The notes below the pieces were generated by a model. It made no database searches. It saw only the letters and a program-made list of their open reading frames with translations, and was not told the DNA's origin. 64,000 nt of DNA from Pseudomonadota bacterium (GTDB taxonomy: Bacteria; Pseudomonadota; Gammaproteobacteria; Burkholderiales; SG8-39). The stretch is from contig CANGMI010000003.1 of NCBI GenBank assembly GCA_947455195.1, positions 135,620-199,619 of the forward strand. Direction: 5' to 3'. A program made the position numbers and the translations under genes. Position 1 is the first letter of the stretch; each line of letters opens with the position of its first letter. Positions 40,556 through 48,979 of the stretch are shown one piece after another.

Positions 40556-41689
40556 ATGAGAACCGAGATTGTCCAGCGTCAGCAGGCCGCCATGCGTCAG
40601 CACGGGCTCGACGCCCTGGTGTCCTGCTCGCCCGAGAACTTTGCCTATCTCACCGGGTTCGTGGTGCCTTCCCAGCCCCTCATGCGTCATCGTCATGCGA
40701 TGGCGATCGTGACGGCCGACGGCAAGAGCGCGGTGCTCGGTGTCGACATGGAAGCCACCACGATCGGCCGGCGGCTGCCCGACACGCCCACCCGCATCTG
40801 GGCCGAGTTTGCCGATGACTGCATCGAGCAGCTGGCGGACCTTCTGAAGGGCATGGGTCTGGCGAGCGCCCGGATCGGCATCGAAACGAACTACCTGCCA
40901 GCCTACGACATGGATCGGCTGCGCACGGCACTGCCGGCTGCGCGCTTCGAAGCCAACCACACCTTGCTCGACCGCATGCGGCAGCTGAAGACCGCGGACG
41001 AGATTGCACTGTTGCGCCGCCTGTCGCGCATCTCCGATCAGGCCATCACCGATGCGCTGCGCGCGGTGCAGGCGGGCGACAGCGAGATGGACCTCGCAGG
41101 CCACCTGACGCGCAATGTGTATGCGCTCGGGGCCGAGCAGTTCAAGCTGATGATCGTGGCCACCGGCGAGCGCAGCGAGTTGCCCAACGTGGGTCCGAGC
41201 GAACGGCGGCTGGCGCGCCAGGACGTCTGCCGGGTCGAGATCTTCTCGGTGATCGGCGGCTACCAGGCCGGCGTGTGCCGTACCGCAGTCGTGCAGGACG
41301 CACCGCCGCACGCCGAGCGCATCTGGCGGCATCTGGTCGACTGCAAGTACATGCTGCTCGACATGATCAAGCCGGGCGCAAGCTGCCGCGTCATCTATGA
41401 CGCCTTCATCCGCAAGCTGGCCGAACTCGACCTGCCACCCATCTCCTTCGTCGGTCACGGCATCGGCCTCTTCCTGCACGAGAACCCCTATCTGGGGAAG
41501 ACGCCGGAAATCGGCCAGACCGGTGATGCATTGCTCGAGGAAGGCATGGTACTTGGCGTGGAACCCCTGTGCTATCGCACCGGTCATGGCTATGGCATGC
41601 AGCTGAAGGACATGCTGGTCGTCACCGCCAACGGCTGCGAGATGCTGTCCGACTACTGCTCCAACGACGAACTCATCGTGGTGCGCTGA
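40556..41689 (+). CDS. M24-family (Xaa-Pro peptidase / creatinase-like) hydrolase
   Basis: 377 aa with an N-terminal creatinase/prolidase domain and a pita-bread C-domain carrying HGIGLFLHENP and GMVLGVEP. Confidence 0.8.
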   Translation: MRTEIVQRQQAAMRQHGLDALVSCSPENFAYLTGFVVPSQPLMRHRHAMAIVTADGKSAVLGVDMEATTIGRRLPDTPTRIWAEFADDCIEQLADLLKGMGLASARIGIETNYLPAYDMDRLRTALPAARFEANHTLLDRMRQLKTADEIALLRRLSRISDQAITDALRAVQAGDSEMDLAGHLTRNVYALGAEQFKLMIVATGERSELPNVGPSERRLARQDVCRVEIFSVIGGYQAGVCRTAVVQDAPPHAERIWRHLVDCKYMLLDMIKPGASCRVIYDAFIRKLAELDLPPISFVGHGIGLFLHENPYLGKTPEIGQTGDALLEEGMVLGVEPLCYRTGHGYGMQLKDMLVVTANGCEMLSDYCSNDELIVVR

Positions 41690-41694
41690 GAGCC

Positions 41695-42831
41695 ATGACC
41701 GCCACCCCGAAAGGATCGAACTCGATGCGTGTGGCCGTCCTTGGCGCCGGCGCGGGCGGTGCCGCCGCCTGCGTCGAGCTGACACAGGCCGGCCACGAGG
41801 TGCGCCTGTGGAACCGCTCGGCGCAGACGCTGCTGCCCTTCATCGGCACCGGCGTCGTGCAACACGAAGGGGTGCTCGGCGAGGGCGAGGCGCGGCCGGT
41901 GCTCATCACCGATCGGCTTGCCACGGCCATTGACGGGGCCGACGTGATTCTGGTCTGCCTCCCGACGCTCTCGCATGTATCGATCGCCACCGAACTGGCT
42001 TCGCTCGATGCCCGGCTGCCGGTGGTGCTCAATCCCGGACACACGGGCGGTGCCCTGGAATTCGCCACGGCCTACGCGGCGGCGAGGCGTGCTGCCGGCG
42101 ACACGGCACCCGTTCTTCCACCGATCGCCGAATTCAACACGCTCACCTATGTGTGTCGCAAGCTGCGGCCGGGCGTCGTCACCATTACCGGGCGGGCACG
42201 CCTGGTGCGCCTCGCGGCCCTGCCGGGTGGCGAGGCGGCACTGTCCCTTGCCCGGGCACTCTTCCCGAGCGCGGTGCGCGTGCCCGACGTGCTCTACACG
42301 AGCCTCGCCAACCTCAACATGACCTTGCACGCTCCTGGTGCCATCCTGGGCGCCGCCTGGGTGGAGGCCACCCGGGGCGACTTCACCTTCTACGTGCAGG
42401 GCATGACGCCGGGCGTGGCGCGGGTGATGGCTGCGCTCGATGCCGAGCGCCGTGCCGTGGGTCGCGCCTTCGGCCATGAGCTCCTCGGCGTGGCCGCCGA
42501 GATGCAGCAGGTCGGCACGGTCGAAGCCTCGGTCACCGACACCGATGACCTGGCTGCCGCCATCGCCAGTGGGGAAGCCAACCGTCGCATCCGCGCCCCC
42601 GATTCGCTCTCGCACCGCTACTACCGCGAAGACTTCGGGCACGGCCTCGTGCCCTTCATCGCGATCGCCCGTGCAGCGGGCATCGAGACCCCCGTTGCAA
42701 GCGCCCTGCTCTCGCTGGGCGAGACACTCACCGGCGAGCCCTTCAGCACGGTCGGTCGTACCGCAGCCTCGATGGGCATCGAGGGGCTCGATCGGGAAGG
42801 CCTGCTGGCGCGGGTCGGCGCGGCCGGTTGA
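41695..42831 (+). CDS. NAD/NADP octopine/nopaline dehydrogenase-family protein
   Basis: Rossmann start MRVAVLGAGAGGAA, and the later string HRYYREDFGHGLVPFIAIARAAGIETP. The start is at 41695 or 41725. Confidence 0.75.
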   Translation: MTATPKGSNSMRVAVLGAGAGGAAACVELTQAGHEVRLWNRSAQTLLPFIGTGVVQHEGVLGEGEARPVLITDRLATAIDGADVILVCLPTLSHVSIATELASLDARLPVVLNPGHTGGALEFATAYAAARRAAGDTAPVLPPIAEFNTLTYVCRKLRPGVVTITGRARLVRLAALPGGEAALSLARALFPSAVRVPDVLYTSLANLNMTLHAPGAILGAAWVEATRGDFTFYVQGMTPGVARVMAALDAERRAVGRAFGHELLGVAAEMQQVGTVEASVTDTDDLAAAIASGEANRRIRAPDSLSHRYYREDFGHGLVPFIAIARAAGIETPVASALLSLGETLTGEPFSTVGRTAASMGIEGLDREGLLARVGAAG

Positions 42832-42844
42832 TGAAGCACCGTCT

Positions 42845-42884
42845 GGCGCCGCAGTCCTGCCTGCACGGCAGCAGACGCGGCGCC
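42845..42884. terminator. long nested GC hairpin between convergent genes
   Basis: The outer arms are GGCGCCGC/GCGGCGCC and the inner arms are CTGCC/GGCAG. There is no T-tract. Confidence 0.4.
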
Positions 42885-42892
42885 ACCCGGCC

Positions 42893-44317
42893 TCACTTCA
42901 TCATCTGCGGCAACCACAGCGACAGCCATGGAAAGGCCACCAGGATCGCCAGGCGCAGGCAGTCGACCAGCACGAACGGAATCACGCCCTTGAAGACGGT
43001 GCGCGTCGGGACCTCGGGCAACAGCGTCGAGAGCACGAAGAGATTCATGCCGACCGGTGGGCTGATGAGCCCGATCTCGACCACTACGACGATGAGAATG
43101 CCAAACCACACCGGGTCGAAGCCCAGGTGCACCACGATCGGAAAGAAGATCGGCAGCGTGAGGAGCACCATCGAGAGCTCCTCCATCGCCGTGCCGAGAA
43201 TCACGTAGATCACCATCATCGCCACCACCACCATGATGGGATGCGGCGCGAAGCGGGTAACGATCTCCTGGAGGTCGGTGGGCATCGACGTGAGGTTCAC
43301 GAACTCGGCGAACATCAGCGCACCGATGAGGATGATGAAGAGCATCGAGGTGGTGCGTGCGCTCTCCACCAGAGACTGGTACAGATCGCGCCAACCGAGC
43401 GACCGGCGCGCCACCGCAATGATGAGGGCCACGAAAGTGCCGATGCCGGCGGCTTCGGTGGCGGTGAACACCCCGACATAGATGCCGCCCATCATCAGGA
43501 CAAAGAGCGCCAGGACGCTGGTCACGCCGCGATAGACGAGCGCAAGGGCCATCACGGCAACCGCGGCGGCCACGCCACCCTGCTCGGGGGTGATCCATCC
43601 CAGGAAGACGATGACGCCGAGCGCGACGCCCACCGCGGCGAAGACCCCCATGCCCTCGAGCGTGGCCCAGCGCTCGCGCCAGTTCATGCGCTCGCCCGGC
43701 GGGCCCGCCTCGGGGTCGCGCCAGGTCACCCAGGCCACGGCAAGACACAGCAGGATGGTGGCAAGCAGGCCCGGCAACATGCCGGCCGCAAAGAGCTTGC
43801 CGATGTTGGTCTCGGTCATGATCCCGTAGATAACCATGAGCGTCGAGGGCGGAATCAGGATGCCCAGCGTACCGCCAGCGGCGATGGCGCCGGTGGAGAG
43901 CGCATCGGAGTAACCGAGCTTCTTCATCGGCGGGTAGCACACCTTGGCCATCGTCGCGGCCGTAGCGACCGACGAACCGCAGATCGAGCCGAAGCCGGCA
44001 CAGGCCACCACCGAGGCCATCGCGAGGCCCCCGCGCAGATGGCCGATGAAGGCATGCGCCGCGCGGAACAGTTCCTGCGACAGTCCGGCGCGCGTGATGA
44101 AGCTGCCCAGCAGGATGAAGAGCGGAATCACCGACAGGGTGTAGTTGCGCCCGGTCTCGTAGATCTTGGTCTGGGCCATGGCGAAGGCCACCGTCCAGTT
44201 CCAGTCACGCATCCACGCGTAGCCCACCACCCCCACCAGACCCATCGAGAGTGCAATCGGCAGGCGCAGGAACGCGAGGCCCATCATGACCGCAAGACCG
44301 ATCAATGCCTCGGTCAC
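42893..44317 (-). CDS. TRAP transporter large permease (DctM family)
   Basis: The GTG start overlaps the DctQ stop (GTGA). The protein is about 474 aa and polytopic. Confidence 0.9.
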   Translation of the reverse strand: MTEALIGLAVMMGLAFLRLPIALSMGLVGVVGYAWMRDWNWTVAFAMAQTKIYETGRNYTLSVIPLFILLGSFITRAGLSQELFRAAHAFIGHLRGGLAMASVVACAGFGSICGSSVATAATMAKVCYPPMKKLGYSDALSTGAIAAGGTLGILIPPSTLMVIYGIMTETNIGKLFAAGMLPGLLATILLCLAVAWVTWRDPEAGPPGERMNWRERWATLEGMGVFAAVGVALGVIVFLGWITPEQGGVAAAVAVMALALVYRGVTSVLALFVLMMGGIYVGVFTATEAAGIGTFVALIIAVARRSLGWRDLYQSLVESARTTSMLFIILIGALMFAEFVNLTSMPTDLQEIVTRFAPHPIMVVVAMMVIYVILGTAMEELSMVLLTLPIFFPIVVHLGFDPVWFGILIVVVVEIGLISPPVGMNLFVLSTLLPEVPTRTVFKGVIPFVLVDCLRLAILVAFPWLSLWLPQMMK

Positions 44318-44853
44318 AGGGTCACCGTCCGCGCGGTGCCGGGCACGAAGATCTTGGCGACATGCACCAGTCCGGTCGCGAAGATCATGATGGCCATGAA
44401 GTAGACAAACGGCGCGACCGGAATGTGAATGACGTCGGTGGCATCGCCATAACCGGCAATCTTCGCCGCCTTGAGCCAGGTAAGCCAGGCGAGCAGGAAC
44501 ATGATGGCCGCGCACACCGCCTGCATCAGCGCCTCGAGGAGGCGCCGCGCCGCGGCACTGATCATGTGGTCGATGAAGTCCATCGTCACGTGCTCATCGG
44601 CGCGCGACACGAGCGGCAGGCCTGCAAAGATCGCCACCACCAGCATGAGCTCGGTGGCTTCGAACGCCCCGCGCAGCGGGGCGTTGAAGACGTAACGCGC
44701 AAAGACATCGACGCAGGTGAGCATCATCAGCACCACCAGGATCACCGCGGCCGACAGCCCGAGCAGGGCATCGAGCTGGCGCGTGAACCGACCGCTCAAG
44801 CGCGCACCGCTCGTCGCGCCAGGCACCGTGACGGCATCCCGGCCACCGCTCAT
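44314..44853 (-). CDS. TRAP transporter small permease (DctQ family)
   Basis: 179 aa with 4 TM helices. Its start overlaps the DctP stop (ATGA). Confidence 0.85.
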   Translation of the reverse strand: MSGGRDAVTVPGATSGARLSGRFTRQLDALLGLSAAVILVVLMMLTCVDVFARYVFNAPLRGAFEATELMLVVAIFAGLPLVSRADEHVTMDFIDHMISAAARRLLEALMQAVCAAIMFLLAWLTWLKAAKIAGYGDATDVIHIPVAPFVYFMAIMIFATGLVHVAKIFVPGTARTVTL

Positions 44854-45890
44854 TTGCCCGCAGCGACCCGCTTCAGCTCCTCGTGAAACTCGTTGAAGAC
44901 CTTGCGGCCGTCGAGCCCGCGCTCTCGCGTTGCACGCTCGATCCAGTTGTCGATGATGGGCTGCGAGCGCACCTGCACTTCCTTCAACAGCGCCGCATCG
45001 GGCTCGACGATCTTCACTCCGGCCTTTTTCAGCACCTCGAACCCGTTGCGGTCAGCCGCATCCCAGCTGCGCCCGGCCAGGTGCGCCACGTTTTCGAACG
45101 ACACCGATGCAATCGCGTCCTGGTCCTGTTTCGAGAGCTTGTTCCAGCGGTCTTCGTTCATGAAGAAGCCGAACGACGAGCTGTACATGCCACCGGGAAA
45201 TACGGTGGCCTGGGCAATCACCGTCTCGAGCTTGAAGGACGCCACCGACTCGAACGGAAAGAAGGTGCCGTCGGCCACGCCCGTGCTGAGGAGTTCGTAG
45301 GACTCGGGGGCGGGCTTCACGAACGGCGATGCCCCGAGGGCCCGCGCGACCTCTTCGGCGATGCCACCCCCCGTGCGGATCTTCATGCCCGCCAGATCCT
45401 TGATGGTGTTGACCGGCTTCTTGGTGAACATCTGGCCGGCGCCGTGCGTCCACACGCCCAGGAGCTTCACGCCCTTGTACTCGCCCGCCGCGTGCAGGTA
45501 TTTCCAGTGGATGCGCGAGAAGGCCACCGAGTTGATCTCGGAGGTGGCACCACTGCCAGGCAATTCCGCCAGCAGCGGCAGGATGTGACGCGACGGGGTA
45601 TAGCTGGCGGTCACGAACGAGACATCCACCAGGCCGTCGCGCACCGCATCGAAGGTGCCGGCGGCCGCCGCCGGATGCTTGGGCAACATGCGAAGTTTCA
45701 CCCGACCATTGGTCGCGCGCTCGACCTCGGCGGCCCAGCCCGGCAGGAAGACGCTGGTGAGCCCGTGACTCGGAGGCACCCAGGAGGACATGGTGAGCAC
45801 GGTCTGCGCGTGTGCGGGGGGAACGGCCAGACCGGCCAGCGCAAGCAGCGCACCCGCCAGCGCACCCGGCAGCCTGCGCGCCCGGCGCAT
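44850..45890 (-). CDS. TRAP transporter substrate-binding protein (DctP family)
   Basis: Start at MRRARRLPGALAGALLALAGLAVPPAHA. The body has DctP-type sequence. Confidence 0.85.
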   Translation of the reverse strand: MRRARRLPGALAGALLALAGLAVPPAHAQTVLTMSSWVPPSHGLTSVFLPGWAAEVERATNGRVKLRMLPKHPAAAAGTFDAVRDGLVDVSFVTASYTPSRHILPLLAELPGSGATSEINSVAFSRIHWKYLHAAGEYKGVKLLGVWTHGAGQMFTKKPVNTIKDLAGMKIRTGGGIAEEVARALGASPFVKPAPESYELLSTGVADGTFFPFESVASFKLETVIAQATVFPGGMYSSSFGFFMNEDRWNKLSKQDQDAIASVSFENVAHLAGRSWDAADRNGFEVLKKAGVKIVEPDAALLKEVQVRSQPIIDNWIERATRERGLDGRKVFNEFHEELKRVAAGK

Positions 45891-46049
45891 GCGGCTCACG
45901 GTGACATCAGTGTTGCAGGCAGGCGTATCACACGCGATCAACTTGAACATCATGGAGTCTCCCTGGCTCGTTGTCACTGGTCGGGCCACGCGTATCATCG
46001 GCAGCCTCGCGCCAGCGTTCGGCCCATTCTAGCCGTCAAAGATCCCGCC

Positions 46050-47666
46050 ATGAGTACCCCACCGGAAACTTTCGACCATGTCGTGATCGGCGCCGGATCG
46101 GCAGGCTGCGCACTGGCGGCACGGCTCACCGAGAACCCTGCCACCCGCGTACTGCTGATCGAAGCGGGCGAAGACGATCCCTGGGTTTGGATCCGCATTC
46201 CGGCCGGCGTGGCAAAGATCATGCTCGGCGAGCGGGCCCTGTGGCGCTTCATGACCGAACCTTCGCCCGGCCTCGGGGGGCGTGCACTCTTCTGCCCGCG
46301 CGGCAAGGTACTGGGGGGTACCTCGAGCGTGAACGGCATGTTCTGGGTGCGCGGCGATCCGCTCGAATACGACCGCTGGGCAGCCATGGGCAATCGCAAC
46401 TGGGGCTGGACTGACCTCCTGCCCGTGTTCAAGCGCATGGAATCGTATGCCTTGGGCGACCCGGCAGTCCGAGGCCACGAAGGGCCCCTGGTCGTGAGTC
46501 CGGTGAAACCCCTCGATCGGCTGTCAGCCGCCTTCATCGCGGCCTGCGGCGAGGCGGGCATCGGCATCAATGCCGACACCAACAGCGGCCACTACGCAGG
46601 TGCAGGCACGATCCAGATGTCGACCCGGCGGGGCCTTCGCTGGAGCACCCGGGAAGGCTACCTGCGCCCGGCGATGCGCCGACCGAACCTTCGCGTCGTG
46701 ACCGGCGCGCAAGTGACGCGTCTCGTGTTCGATGGTGCCCGAGCCTGCGGTGCCGAATACCGTACCGCCTCGGGCCTGCACACGGCGCACGCCCAAGCCG
46801 ACGTGGTGCTGTGTGCAGGCACCATCCAGAGCCCGCAGCTGCTCGAACTCTCGGGTATCGGCGAGCGCTCGCGCCTCGAGCGCCTGGGCATCGCGGTACG
46901 CCATGACCTGCCTGGCGTCGGCGAGAACCTCATCGATCACCTGCATGGACGGCTCATGGTCGAGGCGCGGGGCGTCGCCTCGATGAACACCCTGTTGAAG
47001 AGCCCGTGGGCGAAATTCTCGATGGCGCTGCGACTCGCCTTGCTGGGCGACGGACCGATGAGCACGCCGGCCGCGACAGCCCATGCCTATGTCCGCACGA
47101 CACCCGGGCTTGCGCAGCCCGATATCAAGCTGCAGTTGCACCACCTGTCAAGCCCTGATGAGCGCAACCCCACGCGGCTCGTGCTCGATGATTTTCCGGG
47201 CTTCTCGATCGGCATGGTCCACCAGCAACCACGCTCGCGCGGCTCAGTCCATGTCGCGAGCAACGATCCACTCGCCGCCCCGATCATCGCCCCCAACTAC
47301 CTCTCGAACGACGAGGACATCGCCGCGTTCGTGCGCGGCCTGCGGGTCGCGCGACGGGTCGTGGCACAGCCAGCGCTCGCGCAGCACGTCGTGCGCGAAA
47401 CACGACCCGGCCCTGGCGCCGACAGCGACCCGGCACTCATCGACTACCTGCGATCAACCCTCTTCTCGTCCTACCACCCGGTCGGCACGTGCCGCATGGG
47501 CAGCGATCGGCTGGCCGTGGTCGACGACCGCCTGCGGGTACACGGCGTTCCAGGGTTGCGCATCGCCGATGCGTCAGTCGCCCCGACGATGCCCGCCTCG
47601 AACACCAACGCGTTCGCGATCCTGGCCGGGGAACGCTGCGCCGACTTCATCCTCGCCGAGGCATGA
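46050..47666 (+). CDS. GMC-family (choline dehydrogenase-like) FAD oxidoreductase
   Basis: Start at MSTPPETFDHVVIGAGSAGCALAARL. The strings GKVLGGTSSVNGM and the C-terminal HPVGTCRMG are present. Confidence 0.9.
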   Translation: MSTPPETFDHVVIGAGSAGCALAARLTENPATRVLLIEAGEDDPWVWIRIPAGVAKIMLGERALWRFMTEPSPGLGGRALFCPRGKVLGGTSSVNGMFWVRGDPLEYDRWAAMGNRNWGWTDLLPVFKRMESYALGDPAVRGHEGPLVVSPVKPLDRLSAAFIAACGEAGIGINADTNSGHYAGAGTIQMSTRRGLRWSTREGYLRPAMRRPNLRVVTGAQVTRLVFDGARACGAEYRTASGLHTAHAQADVVLCAGTIQSPQLLELSGIGERSRLERLGIAVRHDLPGVGENLIDHLHGRLMVEARGVASMNTLLKSPWAKFSMALRLALLGDGPMSTPAATAHAYVRTTPGLAQPDIKLQLHHLSSPDERNPTRLVLDDFPGFSIGMVHQQPRSRGSVHVASNDPLAAPIIAPNYLSNDEDIAAFVRGLRVARRVVAQPALAQHVVRETRPGPGADSDPALIDYLRSTLFSSYHPVGTCRMGSDRLAVVDDRLRVHGVPGLRIADASVAPTMPASNTNAFAILAGERCADFILAEA

Positions 47667-47670
47667 CGCC

Positions 47671-48885
47671 TCAGTCGACCGACACCGCGGTCGCGTCGTA
47701 GCGGAAGAGCCAGTCGTAGCGGGCGTGCACCTTGTCACGACTCCACTCGCGATCGACATACTTCTGTGCCTCGGCCGCTTCGGCCAGCAGCGGGTTGTGA
47801 AACCGCTTGGCGTTCTCGGTCGAACCGAGCACGATCTTCGAGGTACGCTCGAGCCGCTCGCGCTGGAACACCGCCAGCGCGTGCTGCGGATTGCCCGGAT
47901 GACGCTCGAGCGCCCGCGCCATCACCATGGCATCTTCAAGCGCCATCATCGCCCCCTGGGCGAGGAAGGGCAGGGTCGGGTGAAAGGCGTCACCGAGCAA
48001 GGCCACCCGCCCCTCATGGCAATGCTCGAGCGGCGCACGTCCCATCAGCGCCCACTTGTAGGGCACGTCGATATGCGAGATCGCGGTCTGGATGTCCTCG
48101 TTCCAGCCCGCGTAGTCCTGCGCGCACTCCTCGCGCGTACCGGGTACCGTCCACGATTCCACCAGCCAGTCGCTGCGCTCGACCACGCCGACGAAGTTGA
48201 AGAGTTCGCCTGCACGCAGCAGGTAATGCACGATGTGCCCGCCCTTGCCGATCCAGTTGGTGCCGACTGACCGACGCATGTGCACCGGCAACTTCTCCAC
48301 CGGCACGAGACCGCGCCAGGCCATGCACCCGGTGAAGAACGGTTTGTCATCGCCGAACATCGCCTGGCGGATGCGCGAATGCACGCCATCGGCACCGATG
48401 AGGACATCGCCCTCGACTTCGGTGCCGTTGTCGAGCACCAGAGCAGCGCCGGTCGGCGTCTGGCGATAACCGCTGCAGCGCTGTCCGAGGTGAATGACAC
48501 CGGGCGCAAGGCGCATCACGGCCTCGGCCAGCACCCGGTGGCAATCGCCCCGGTGCAGCATGAGGTAGGGATAACCATAGGCCGCCACCGATTCGGCACC
48601 CAGATCAAAGAGCTTCCAGGTCTGGCCGCTGTTCCAGAGGCGCACTTCCTTGCCCTCGGGCTCGGTGGCGATGCGACGAATCTCCTGCTCCAGACCCAGC
48701 GCAAAGAGCACCCGGGTGCCGTTTGCACTCGACTGGAAGCCGGCCCCGAGTTCGCGCAGTTCGGGGGCCTGCTCGTAGATCTGCACATCGAAGCCACGCT
48801 GCAGCAAGGCGAGCGCAGTGGCCAGTCCGCCGATACCGGCGCCGGCGATGAGAATGCGGGGTCTTGCTGTGGCCACGATGCGGTC
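47671..48885 (-). CDS. FAD-dependent aromatic-ring monooxygenase (salicylate/3-hydroxybenzoate hydroxylase-like)
   Basis: GTG start gives (M)ATARPRILIAGAGIGGLATALAL. The strings VLIGADGVHSRIR and ALLGDAFHPTLPFLAQG are present. Confidence 0.85.
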   Translation of the reverse strand, partial: DRIVATARPRILIAGAGIGGLATALALLQRGFDVQIYEQAPELRELGAGFQSSANGTRVLFALGLEQEIRRIATEPEGKEVRLWNSGQTWKLFDLGAESVAAYGYPYLMLHRGDCHRVLAEAVMRLAPGVIHLGQRCSGYRQTPTGAALVLDNGTEVEGDVLIGADGVHSRIRQAMFGDDKPFFTGCMAWRGLVPVEKLPVHMRRSVGTNWIGKGGHIVHYLLRAGELFNFVGVVERSDWLVESWTVPGTREECAQDYAGWNEDIQTAISHIDVPYKWALMGRAPLEHCHEGRVALLGDAFHPTLPFLAQGAMMALEDAMVMARALERHPGNPQHALAVFQRERLERTSKIVLGSTENAKRFHNPLLAEAAEAQKYVDREWSRDKVHARYDWLFRYDATAVSVD

Positions 48886-48979
48886 CTCTGGGTGGGAATT
48901 GCCTGCGGCCGAATTATGACCGATCCTTCTGCCCTGTCTGCGCAGGCCCCACGACAACACCAACGACAGGCCCACCCCG

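Noticed and set aside
44883-46049. The first 389 codons of the 927-aa + strand ORF (44883-47666), upstream of the GMC oxidoreductase.
   Set aside because: This part lies antisense to the DctP-family gene and has no homology-like features. The GMC N-terminal FAD motif (DHVVIGAGSAGC) begins right after the ATG at 46050.
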